This document shows positions 12,101 through 24,186 of a stretch of 64,000 bases of DNA, in pieces. The translations under genes and the position numbers were made by a program. Below the pieces are notes generated by a model. The model worked only from the letters and a program-made list of their open reading frames with translations, had not been told where the DNA came from and did no database searches. Numbering within the stretch: the first letter of the stretch is position 1; every line of letters begins with the position of its first letter. Location: NCBI GenBank assembly GCA_030704615.1, contig CM060732.1:52080001-52144000 (forward strand). The letters run 5' to 3'. Origin of the DNA: Takakia lepidozioides. Taxonomy: Eukaryota; Plantae; Bryophyta.

Positions 12101-12824
12101 CTTGCCTGCCGGTCCTCAAAGTGAAAATGCCTCCCTGGTTGTCTAACAAGACAACTCCAGTGTCACCATGGCGCGCTCAAAGGCTGGCCTAGCTGGCAGC
12201 TCCGTCAACCTGGCAGCTGCAGCTTGCCAGGGCGCAGCCGTGGCAGTCTTGACCCTCAAATCCGAGGATCCCTCTGCCACTACACCTTCCACTACTCCGC
12301 AGAAGATGAAGTGCCCCCACTCTCACAGAGTGTTGCTGCAGTCTGAACACTGCAGCTGGCCTCACCCCCGGCGTCGCAATCATGGTGGCCGGAACAGTGG
12401 GGCTTGACACACTAGGTGGCTGCCCCCAATAACACACCGGCTGCACTAGCCTTGGTAGCAGGTGTCAGTGCTGCACGTGTAGCTCCCTCCCAATGGCATA
12501 GTAACCTCCGCCTCGGTAACAGTCGGGCGAGAACTAGGTGCCATGGATGGCGTTGACACTGTCTCCGCCAATGTGAATGACTGAGGAAGCCTCGCCTGAC
12601 GGCTTGCCTCCCCACGCTGTGATCCAATTCCACCTCTGCACCTCGTGGCTCAGGAACTCGTGCTGCTTCCTCGAGTCACGGCTGCAGCAGACTCCACTGC
12701 TCTAGTGGTAGTGCTGGCTTTCCGCCATATCCCATGCCTCCCTATCTCCTCCATCAGGAGCAGGAGGTGGAACCATCCCGCCTGGGAGCCCGGTACCCCC
12801 ACCCCACCACCTCCTATCTATAGC

Positions 12825-13324
12825 NNNNNNNNNNNNNNNNNNNNNNNNNNNNNNNNNNNNNNNNNNNNNNNNNNNNNNNNNNNNNNNNNNNNNNNNNNNN
12901 NNNNNNNNNNNNNNNNNNNNNNNNNNNNNNNNNNNNNNNNNNNNNNNNNNNNNNNNNNNNNNNNNNNNNNNNNNNNNNNNNNNNNNNNNNNNNNNNNNNN
13001 NNNNNNNNNNNNNNNNNNNNNNNNNNNNNNNNNNNNNNNNNNNNNNNNNNNNNNNNNNNNNNNNNNNNNNNNNNNNNNNNNNNNNNNNNNNNNNNNNNNN
13101 NNNNNNNNNNNNNNNNNNNNNNNNNNNNNNNNNNNNNNNNNNNNNNNNNNNNNNNNNNNNNNNNNNNNNNNNNNNNNNNNNNNNNNNNNNNNNNNNNNNN
13201 NNNNNNNNNNNNNNNNNNNNNNNNNNNNNNNNNNNNNNNNNNNNNNNNNNNNNNNNNNNNNNNNNNNNNNNNNNNNNNNNNNNNNNNNNNNNNNNNNNNN
13301 NNNNNNNNNNNNNNNNNNNNNNNN
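12825..13324. other. Assembly gap (500 N)
   Basis: Run of n inside the presumed gag region of copy 1. Confidence 1.
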
Positions 13325-14784
13325 GCACCAACTGCATCCACCTGCAAGTAACTCCTATGGTTGGCTTGGTCATCACCCATCCTCACCATAGAAGCAAAAA
13401 CTACTGGTGGTCTGCTGGTCATCACCCAGCCCACCACCGACAAGCATACTCTAATATTGACCGGTTGATCAAATCCACGGCTAATCCCTATGAGCAAGCC
13501 GCCCACACAAAACCAACATGGCGCACAAGTTCCAAAGCATGCAGGTGTTGGGGGGGTCCAAACCCAAGAAATCAAACAAGCAACACCTCCACAAACCCGC
13601 CACAAACGCAAATCCATCCGACACAGCAGCAACTCTGATCCTTCGAATATCCCACCCTCCCAAAACCCGCAGACTGACTGTCTCTCCACCGAATAGAGGC
13701 TTTGGCAACTACAAGTACAAGTAATGAAAATAGTACAGAGATGGGGGGAAGAATATAAGCCCGCCAAGCAAGATCTAACCTGATCTATCTATCAACTTCC
13801 AATCTTCTCTCAAAGTACCTCGCTCTGCTTGATGGTAAGATGTAGGAGGTATATCTATGTCCAAACCTGCCACTAACCTTGTCCCAAGCTACAGTACTCG
13901 CTCTAAACCAACCCTCCTCCTCTTTCTTCTGCCAGGTAGAGAAAAGCTAGTACTTTCCCCTATCTCCCGCTCACTGAACACTAAAGAAACAAATGTAGGG
14001 TCTGATAGTCTCTCAACTCGAAAGCTTTGAGACGGTTGCGGGTGGTATCATGCGGATGACTGCATCGCCTTCAAACAGAACAAACTTGGTCCTCGCTAAT
14101 GAAACCCGCCTGGTTGCCTTGTGCAGAGCGTGTCCGTCTGCAACACTGTCTAATTGCACAAACTGTGCAGCTCTGCGCCTCTGCTTCCAGTCACCACGGC
14201 CTTTTGCTGAACACCGTGGTCCCCGGGGCTTGCTTTGGCTGTGTTCCAAGCCTAGCTTTCAACCCACTTTGGTATTTTCCACCTACAGCTGCAGAACTGC
14301 TGGCTCAACAGAGTTCTGACTGTCCAAGGCGATATTGAGGCCCTCAATGCCAACTACAGCGTCTGTTGTCTACTGCTAATGCCTGACTCCAGTATGCATC
14401 AACTCGTCCAACTGTTCTCCACGCAATCAGTCTGAGTTCCTTGGGAAACTAGATCCTGTCCCCTTGTGTGCACATGCTAAGAGAAGAGACCTTCCCTTCA
14501 ATTACGTCCTCATTTCCCCCAGCCATACAGGGAGTCAAATCCACAGTTTGTCCTCTTCATATAGGCCCAGCACCGGTTCTAGAAACAGGATTGTGGATTT
14601 TTATGGCACACATCACACTCTAAAAATCCATAGATTTTTAGCAGAGTCCCAAAAACAAAACCAGGTCTAGGTAGTAGATTTCCCCTTTCTCATCTATCCC
14701 CCCCCCCAAACACTGAGTCAAACAGAGTCCATTTGACCAAGATATGACCATTTGGCTTTAAATCATTTTAATTAGATCAAAAGG

Positions 14785-14819
<35 letters not shown>

Positions 14820-17169
14820 TTAAGGGTTTTCAAATTTAAAATTTAAAGTTACACCACCAAACATTTGGTACCTGGTCCCCCGGTTCCCTAAGTTCTATAT
14901 GGTTTCCTAGGTTCCCTAGCCACGTGCCCTATCAGATTTCAGTTGTGTTTACAAATGCACCCCCCACAGCTCTTGGTTACCAGTGACTGCTCTCCTCCAG
15001 TCGAGAATCCGTAGCTATGCCGAGCCTTAATCCTTTGCACACCAATATTCCCAACAAAATCAGGAGCACTTACAATGCAACCCGGAAAGCACCAGAGCTA
15101 ACTAGCTTGATCAAAGAACGCTTACAGCCCTTCAAGCGTGCTGATTTTTCAAGGTGGCACAACAATCTTGCTATCACTGATGTGTAGCCTTTACATGAGT
15201 TGGCACAGGCTGCCCTCAAGTTTTTGATTGTAAACATAGACCGAGCAGGTCGTGTAGTGAGCTGGGCCCCTTCAGCTCATATCCCGCTCATACACCAAGT
15301 GGTCACCTGGTGAGTCCACAGTCTCCCACTCTCATGCTCTCCAGCCGCTGGCTCTACTTGAGCTCCCCACTATCACTACTGCCCCATTCGCTGCTTCCCA
15401 TTCAGGTCATGAATTTGGTGGAAGGACTCACCTCAGATTGGAGGTGAATACCAAACATCTTTCATCCATAGCCATTTTCTAGTGTCATGCTCTTACAAAC
15501 ACAATGGCTGCTTACTGTGTAGGACAGACAGTAGCAATCCCCTCGTCCTCCAGTAAAACCGGATCTCATCGCATAAGGCACTGGTATCGTGAACAGAAAA
15601 CGTAGTCAAGTAGCGGGAATTCTTAGTTCATGCAGCTGATTTCCGAGCCCTTTTGTCGATCCACACGATTTTTGGTCATGCCAGTAAGCCCCTACAACAT
15701 TGGCTTCATATCTCGCAGGGAAACATTATGGATGCCAAACACAGCCATCCAGGGTGGGCACTCAGTCCATCGCAAGTTTTGGTCCAATACCTGATCAAAG
15801 GGTTGCACATGAGCAGCTTGCATGCTCGTCAATCTCCAAAACCATGCAGCAGAGATGCCCGTCAGCTCCTACCCGCTCCTGGTTTTGCTCAGCCCTTCCC
15901 AGTCGCTGCCTCTATTTCGCTAGCCCTTGGTTCGGTGTGGGAGATTTGGAACCACCGAATGGAGCTTCAGAGACTAGGAAGCAAGTGGAAGGAGCAGGGG
16001 CTGCCCACAGCCTCTTCTTCATCAGTCGACTCAGCATCAGGAGGAGCTGGAATGGCTTCATCACCAGCCCCCTTACATCTGGGGATCCAGTCCAAAGGTA
16101 AGGAAACCAGCCGCACTTGCGCATGAAAAGCCTGGTAATCAGGCCTAAATTTCAGATGCCAGGCTGCACAGCCCTCAATGTGCAGGTCCAGAAGCATCAA
16201 AACACCCTGGATTCATTCAATTCCAGCCCATTTCCAGTGTGAAGACATAGCCGCCAATGCACATGGCAATTAGGCCTGGAATCAGCTGCAAAATCTTCGT
16301 AAGGCCTCACCATAGGCATGAAATGCTCAGATTCCTGCAGTAAAAAGCACTTAGCAGCCCCCATTCACACCACACTGCTTCCAAGCAGAGGCCGAAGCAG
16401 CAATTCGCAGCTGATGGGCACCGACAGCGTTGAAAGCCTGCTCACACACACTTCCTCCCCCTGCTACTTCCCCCTGCTACTCCTCTGATGCTATTCTCCT
16501 CTAGATCTAAGTCTGCTTCAACGTCGTCTTCAGCAATACAATGATCTTGAGACCCGCCGCTGCTCCGAGGAGTGAGATTTGGACGAAACCTGCTTGGCCC
16601 TCCCTAAGTCCCTCTGCTTTGGTGGCAGGGGCTGCCCTGGGTTGAGCAACAGCCTTTGTATTCCGAGTCTGCTTTGCGGCACGCCCACTCCCAGTACCCT
16701 TACCTCAACTCCCAACCCTAGTCACAAACAACCACTCTGCCTCTTCGCAGCGCGCGTTCTGACATGATCTCGCACTGGAGCAACCTCCTCTGTTGCACAA
16801 CTGTGCGCACCGGGGAGTGGCCTCATCTGGTGGGAGCGGCCTCAGGGTCTGCAGCAGCTACTGCTGGCACCTGTGGTGGAGAGCGGGGTTGGCGCACTCC
16901 ACTACGCAGCTCTGGCATCCTTCACCCATGCACTCCACCAGCCTGCGTACTGCCTCACGATGTCTCCTCACCGACCAAAACGAAGGCTGCTTCCATGCAG
17001 TGTAGCTCCATCATGCCCGGCGGCCTCATGCCAGAACCAACGCTGATCGAAACCTGCATATTTTTGTTTTTTTTTTTTTTTTTCTAAGCTTCTAAAACCA
17101 AGCACTACTTACACACAGTAATCGTACAAGTGCTAACCCTCAACTCCTACCTTGCACTCACAGGTAAGA

Positions 17170-17185
17170 GCTCATCTCTCTCGAG
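17170..17185 (-). promoter_or_regulatory. Primer-binding site complementary to the element's own repeat B (self-priming type)
   Basis: Plus strand GCTCATCTCTCTCGAG abuts repeat B and is the exact reverse complement of 17376-17391; no tRNA-type TGG start. Confidence 0.75.
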
Positions 17186-17541
17186 TGATAAACAAGCATA
17201 GAGACACTGTTGACACCAAACATATGAACTCCATCGCTATCATCTCACTCTTTATAATAGAAGTCGAGCCAGGGGCACCCCCAAGCTATGGGACTCCACC
17301 CCACAACAACCTACACTCCCATCATGAGTACACTCAGATCTAAACGCATGCAGGAGCTCGGTCGCGCAGGCTCAACTCGAGAGAGATGAGCCGCGCGACT
17401 GCCGCTCTCGTGAAGATAAGACGGACCAGGTGTCAAACTAAACTTGACACCTGATTTAACACTTGACCTAAATCCAAGTGTTAAATACAAATAACTAGTT
17501 TTATGCTAGCTGTTTTCACACTGTGCTTATTTAACTTGACA
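17186..17541 (-). repeat. Repeat B (356 bp), 5' terminal copy
   Basis: Sense TGTCAAG...TTATCA; direct repeat of 6290-6640. Confidence 0.95.
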
Positions 17542-20500
17542 CCTCCCTCATGGTTACATCATTTTCATGATTCTACGCTCTTCAGCAGGTTGAAATTTTT
17601 GGGTTTGAGGTGGAAGATATGGGTGGATGCCATGGCCTTTGAATGACAGTGATGTTTATGTGCTTGCATTTTTGATCACTTGTTGTAGAATCTCGAAGAG
17701 CCTGCTCAAACTATGGTCCTACATCATATATAACTCTGAAGTGATAGCGGTTATTTACAATGCTTGTTTGGCTTTGTTATCTGTTGCGATGGCAGTCAAC
17801 ACTCCTTGGTCTCCCACGTCCAATGAACTCAGTCGGAACATTGCCAGTTGAATACCTTGCCCTGGACAAGGTATTATCTTTTTTTTTCATGTATCTCTTA
17901 GATATTACCTATTTTTCTCTTAGCTGTCAAATATGTTTAAAATGCGTTTGTAGCTGCAATATTCGTATGGTAAGAAACGCCATAGGCAACTTGCTGGATC
18001 AAGTGCAAGTTCCCTTCCTTCGAGCATATGGTGACTCTTGATTACATGCCATGTTTGTGTGCCATGCAGGGAGAACAAGCTCAGGCTTTGTTTGCTAATT
18101 TAAAAAAAAAATTAAACAGGTTTTGCGCAAAGTATCCAATTCTATTAATCATTTGAGCAGATGGCTATCATATGTATAATTCATACTTCATTCCCAGACA
18201 GAGTCCATCCTCACCGTCTTGCCGATACTTGGTGAAGGACTGGATGGTTTCAGGTAGTACAGTGTGAACTTATGTTGTGATTGATATGATGATCACCCTT
18301 GGCTAGTCTCCGTTTTGAGGAGTCTTGCAGCATAGATCTATCTTAGTAATTTTAATTTTGAACGGATGTTAATCTAGTTCTACAGAGATCAAGCATTGAA
18401 GAGCTGCACTCCCAGAGTGTAACTTGAAGATTGACTACTACTGAGCTCACTCTTTGAAATCCTAAAACTGAGTTTCTCATTGAAATAGTTCGAGGTTTTC
18501 CAGACAAGTACATAAATTATCAGTTTTTGGGATCTTCGTTAACAGGGCTAAGGCAGAGCTGAAGCAGGCGACCTCTCTATTCTTTAAGCCCTTTGCACCT
18601 CTCATGGACCACAGCTCCATCTTACTTCACATTACAGTCTTATTTCCCATGGCCATTTTTGAAGCCGCTTTGCAATCTGCACATGAGCTGATAACCCTAG
18701 CGCTGGATGGCCTGCATTATTTCAGACCTACGACCGGCTCTTTCTTATGTCTACCATCACCATTCGCTATCTGGTTTGGATGCTCTATCTTGTACTCGAC
18801 CTCTTGCAGACATATACCTCCTTTTCCCTCTTTCAACAGAGTAGGAGCCGGAGGGCACATAGCGTTAAAGCAGGGAAGGGGCTTGTAAGTGCTTCGGCTC
18901 CCTCCTTGCTCTACTGGGCTCCTCTCTTTCTCTCTCTTTTTGTGCAATGTTTGGGATTTGGTTGTGGAAATTTCAGTCAAAGCAACCCGAATGCCAAATA
19001 AGTTATGAAAACTCAAATGGAGCTTTAACTAAAATTTAATCTGAGGGATCGGCTAGACCTCTTTCTGTCCCAATCCATTTTACATTTTAAAAAGTCACAA
19101 CCAAGTTTTGCCAATTGTACTGTGTCATATGGTGTAGGTGCGCCTTGCAGGAGGACTGTTTATGGGAGCCAGCTCTCCTCTTACTTTTCTAATGTGCGCC
19201 CATGCTTTATCATGTATATTTGGGCTTGGCGGTGTTCTTCTGAAATATTCAGGAATGTTGGTTTATTAAAAAGTATGAGGAGTGCAATCCGCCAAAGTTG
19301 CATGGCTGACCAAAGTACTTTTGTCCCATGGGCCCTTGTTGACCCAGGGACATTTCAGGATTTTTCTACCTTTCTACCTACCTTGGGTAATTCTCGAAGG
19401 CTCTCCAACAACATTAGAGCAATAAGGCCACCTCTGTTTATATCCCATATTGAAACTGATGGGTAGGAGCCAGATTGCTATATGTAAAGATGCATACCAC
19501 ACCTCAAAACTCTCTGCATAGCACAATTCAAAAGCTCGCTATTGTTGTGTAACGCAAGAATCTAGCCAGCACAGAAAGTGAAGTATCAAATAGGCAGGTT
19601 CCAGAAATGGATGTCTTGATCAGCTTGCTTCAAATTTTTGCTACATGTGTATTAGGCATATTTGCAAGCTTATCACTTAATTTCATTGCTATTATTTTAT
19701 CAATAGAAGCCAAGTTATATCTTCTCCCATCTAGGGATGGGTGGATGAGGTTTCATGTATTTAGATGAGAATCATTTTCCCATAGAAAGATGCGCTCGTT
19801 CATGTTTTATGTCGTGTGCTGACAGAAGGGAGAAGTAAAGTTCCATGACACTTGATATTAACCCTTAAGCGCCCAGTGCCCAATGTTGACTTTTTGAAAA
19901 AAGTGGACCCCAGCTCAGAAAAATGAGAATATCTCAGCGAAAAAAAAGTTTTTGGGAAAATTGACCAGACATTATACTCATACCTACCCCTTCCAGACAC
20001 CGGTAAATTTGCAGGCCAATCAGGCGAAAATCCGAGAAACGCCACCGTTGAGTGTGGGGCCCATTTTTTGGGCCCCTCCCAAAACAATAAGGGAAATTGG
20101 AGGAATTTGCAATTTTCACTGACGGGATGAAATCTGCAGGATCTCATCCTGCTTACAGGTGTTGTCCAGCACATTGGCATTCTGATGAGCCATAAAATGC
20201 AAAAAATGGATTCATATTTTCTGATTTACACCTGGTCAAAGTAAGGGGGGCCAGTGGCCTGCCCCAACTGGCAGCTCACACAAAGAAAGACCGACATGTG
20301 GCCAACACTAGCATCAAATCAGACTCAGAAAAACTAGAGATGAACCCACATTTACACGCCGAATTGTGTGAGTGGGAGTTGAACCCACTAACTTGCCCCA
20401 ATTGGCAACTCACACATGAACACAAGGGGGGAGACTCCTTCCCAGGGAGGGAAGGAGTCTCCACCCTTGTGCGCACCCCCGCTTGACTAGGGGACTACCA

Positions 20501-20902
20501 CATAATTATACTAGACACAAAGAAAATGGACTCAGCCTAATTGAAACACAAAATTGTTGCAGCAAAGACCTCGGAGCTACATGAAAACTAAGGCAAAAAG
20601 TTGGAGTAGCAAACAAATCATTCAGATCAGGACTCAGTGAACCCCAATACTGCACAACCACAAAATTATACCTCTCCTTGGACTATCAAGCGACTCTCTA
20701 CGGCTGGATCCTCAGTACAAACGTTTCATGGCTACCAACAACAAACCAACCCCCAAACACACCACTGCTTAGAAAAAGACAGAACACCACTACATAGAAA
20801 AAGTGTCGTAAGGAGGATACCCCCTCTTTGGCATCAAAGGTCTCCACATCAGTGCAGTAAGAAATCAACCATATCAATTACTGAACATAGAAGTATCTAT
20901 AA

Positions 20903-23013
20903 TCAGAGAAGGCTATGGCTCTTGACAAAGCATCCTCCAAGGCACATATACACATCTCCACACGCGTGACAAAAATACCTTTGACGCATACCGCACTGAA
21001 CACACTTCCTCCTCCTACTAGTCTTGAGGGAGAAATGCACAGACCCCGGGTTGGGCACATCTGCCCCTGGCATTACTGTTCTCCTGGGAGGAACCCACCC
21101 CACAATTAGTCCCTTTGCAACCTCCAAATTGAAAAGCATGTGGCTAAGAGGAATGTGGCCCTTTCCCCTCATAAAACCCAGGTACAATATGTAAGCATTC
21201 ACCAAAGAAGTGTCAACTCCATGAAAGTACAAGCGGTGCCACCATTTATGGTCCCTGGTCTGAACAGAGTAGTAACCCCGTAGCTGATCCTGAACATCCA
21301 CTCCCCGCATATGCTGCTGGTAATGAACCACAATAGGGGAGGTAGGCACATCACGTCTTGCCCCTTTGTGCCATCTTTGTATGAAGCAATCAGGACCGAC
21401 AGGAGAAATGGCAGTGGAAATCATGGTCACCAACTTGGCATCCATCCAGGCAATAGCGGCTACTTTGCCACTTATGTGAACACGATATTCCAGCCTACCT
21501 CTCTCACCCTTCTTCCCAAATCAAGGCACGTAGGAAAACCCACTCGGGAGGTTTTTACCGTGCCAGTAGCATAGATCTGTTTTGCTGCCAAATCATAGAA
21601 CAGGATGGGGCTACTGAAAAAATTATCCATCGTTACAATATGGCCCTTACTCTCAAATCCTTCTAGTAACCTTGTCACCACACCATATCCACTGCCATGG
21701 GTCATATCATTCCCATCATCCTTCCCAAGGTAAACCTCTAACTTCTAAACATATTTGGAACATGCACCACACAAACACCACACCTTCAGACCCCACTGCA
21801 CAGGCTTCTTGCTCAGATATTGCTGGATTCGGGCATATTTGCCCTTGTACTTCACCATTTGCTCATCCACAGTCAAATTCTGCTCGGGGCTCATGTAGGT
21901 GGCATACAAACCATTTAGTGCATGTAGCAACCACCTGGTTTTAGCTAACTTATCAAAAGCAGGGTCAGTGTCAATAGTGCATACATCCTTGTTGTCAACA
22001 AGGTGGAGGCACCTCAGAATTGCCTCCCATCGGTTGCAGGACATAATGCGCATGATGGAAGGGCAATTGAAGAAGGCATTGTTGGCTTTCCAATACAATC
22101 TAGTACTAGGCAATTTTTTGATTCCCATGAGCATGTGAACAGCAAGCCAAGCCTTCAATTCACGGATGGTGATAGGGTACCACCATCTACCTCCTTTCAG
22201 GTTTCCATTCTGGTTTTCTGTCCTGGCATACAAGTTGGTCATGCTGCAAATTCGGCGCATGACCGACAGTGGCCAAAACAAATTGAAAAAATCAACTGGA
22301 TTTGCTGAATCTCCAAAAGGCAAACGAGGACCCAAATCCCCACCTAACCATGTAATGTCTGGCAATTCAGTAGCAGAGGAGTTCCACATGTCATCACCAA
22401 ACAACTCAGCAGGATCCCACTGCTCCCAATTGGGCGGCAAATCCAATAATCCCACCTCACGCGTTGGATTCCCCGTGTCAACACAGTAGTCCATCAAGTC
22501 AGGATTGTCGATGTCAACAAGGTCATCATCTTCTGGATTATAGTCACAATCAGAATCTGATTCACTATCATCTACTTCCCCCTCAGGCAATTCAACTTTA
22601 GAATCCAACCCCAAGAGCTCAGGGATAGTGCACAACATTGAATCATCAAGATTACACACAACACAGGACTGTGACGATACCACATGAACACCAAGGACAC
22701 CAAAAAAAGAGACAGTATAATTTTTTGTACCATTCAGGATGTCCTATGTCTTGTCTACCACAGTGCCATATCCAAATTCGTGGGCATTGCTAGACGATGC
22801 CACATCCTGAAGGTGCAGCTCAGCCACTGCCACCTTCACTGTGGATCCCAAAATCCCTATGTCCTCCATAGTTTGGGAGTGACCAGCAGGATCACATAGT
22901 GGATTTTGAGAGTTGCGCAAGGAGTAGGTCGAATTGTCCATCTCCTCACTCATGAAATCAAAAGAGGGTTCAATACGATTACCTCTCTCCCTGGCCAGTT
23001 GTTTGAGCCTCAT
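20903..23013 (-). pseudogene. piggyBac transposase (frameshifted, probably intron-containing)
   Basis: DDD motifs LTVDEQM, VTMDNFF, GVDVQDQ; KPVQWGLKVW; C-terminal Cys-rich CVQC..FCHAC..MC..GCF..H. Confidence 0.93.
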
Positions 23014-23362
23014 CGTGGCTGGCAGAAGACGTCTGGAAGTCAGGCCAAACCTCGAGCCTCAAAATGTCGTTGACCTCTGCGCTGAACCCAAGGGGGTCTC
23101 CTTCCTCCTTACGATCTACCCAACCCAAAATCTCTGCACAATGGCGCCTAAACAAGTAACGAAAGTTGGAGGGCTGTGGAAATCCAGGCCAACGCACACG
23201 AGCAGGTCTCTTCAAACACAAGAGGTAGTCCTCATTCAGGCACCCGACAATCCGCTCGACTTGCTCGGTTGATGCGCCCAGTGAGCGTGCCCACTTGGCA
23301 ATCGATGCAGCTTGAGTCTCCAAATGCGCAGGTGCAGGGGGAGGCAACACACCTGAACCCAT
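22979..23362 (-). CDS. piggyBac accessory ORF1 (unknown function)
   Basis: 127-aa ORF upstream of the transposase, clearly homologous to ORF 25126-25572 in PB2. Confidence 0.7.
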   Translation of the reverse strand: MGSGVLPPPAPAHLETQAASIAKWARSLGASTEQVERIVGCLNEDYLLCLKRPARVRWPGFPQPSNFRYLFRRHCAEILGWVDRKEEGDPLGFSAEVNDILRLEVWPDFQTSSASHDEAQTTGQGER

Positions 23363-24186
23363 CTTATACTATGTAGCTTCAACCTTCATCCACCCAATTT
23401 GCATGCACACAAGGATAAACACAAAGATGAGCTACACGATGCCCTAACTGCGCATAGTCTAGCTCAGGTATCAAACAATGAACATTGCCTTGAATGCGCA
23501 CCCTGAGTATCAATGCAAAGCCGGCCCATCCTCTCTCACAGCTATGGCTCAGTCTCTGTAGCGGTGCCACAATTTCCAAGTTTCCTCAACTGAAAGAGAA
23601 AGAGATAATGGAAGATGCAATCGGAGCATACCACCAACGGCAACCTGTCAAGGCATCTGCAACGGCAACCTGCAACAAAGTATGGAACACGCGCGAACGC
23701 CACAACAGACGAGATCACAGCACAAGGCAAAGCGCGGGAAGGAGAGAGACGACGCTGAAAACGCGGGAGCAAGCCAAAATCGCTGCAGAAGCAGACCCCA
23801 CCTCCTGTGCAGCCAAAAATTGCAACCCTAACCAAAAAAAAAAAACCTAATCGCGCATTGGAATCCTGACTGCCATGTGGCTGGCATCCTACCCTCCAAA
23901 AATCAGGTTAATCGGTTCAAATCCGAGAAAAACAGAGGGGAAAAACCAAAACCAACGGCCGAAAACGGGTCGAATGGGCGCTTAAGGGTTAATAGGCCTG
24001 TTTATTGTGTGTGTAAAGACTCTTGGCCGCCAGCGGCTAGTATTACCCTTCCTGGGGACGTGTTGTACTGTCTGGGTGGTATGGGATGTGTTTAAGACAC
24101 ATTCTTTGAAAGTGAGAAACAATGAGACTGCTGCAAAACATTCTCTTACGCATTTGAACTCACATTTCATTGCCACAGTTCAAAGG

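Larger units (their letters stand above)
6204..17541 (-). mobile_element. Ty3/Gypsy retrotransposon with DNA methyltransferase and PHD domains and split direct repeat termini (copy 1, near full length)
   Basis: Begins TGTCG at 6204, ends TGACA at 17541, flanked by 4-bp TSD CCTC (6200-6203, 17542-17545). Gypsy domain order PR-RT-RH-INT. Repeat B at both ends. Contains a 500-N gap. Confidence 0.93.
5414..19420 (+). pseudogene. PIGN: GPI ethanolamine phosphate transferase 1 pseudogene, fragmented, with an inverted exon and a Gypsy insertion
   Basis: Frameshifted exon remnants match PIGN/MCD4: ASFLDEWAFDRF (~5490-5530), HLLGCDTNGHAHHPYSPIYLNNIK (~5607-5680), [21 protein letters not shown] (minus strand, ~5890-5960), STLLGLPRPMNSVGTLP (~17795-17850), SLFFKPFAPL...LALDGLHYF/TYD (~18570-18740). 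Boundaries approximate. Confidence 0.85.
19862..23988 (-). mobile_element. piggyBac DNA transposon PB1, complete ends
   Basis: TTAA TSD at 19858-19861 and 23989-23992; perfect 14-bp TIR CCCTTAAGCGCCCA; internal piggyBac transposase. Confidence 0.96.

Noticed and set aside
12645-13767. Long ORFs spanning 12645-13767
   Set aside because: Artefacts of translating through the 500-N gap.
6204-17541. Classification as a DIRS/Ngaro tyrosine-recombinase element
   Set aside because: It has an aspartic protease, an HHCC-DDE integrase, TG..CA ends and a TSD; no YR motif seen (gap region unseen).
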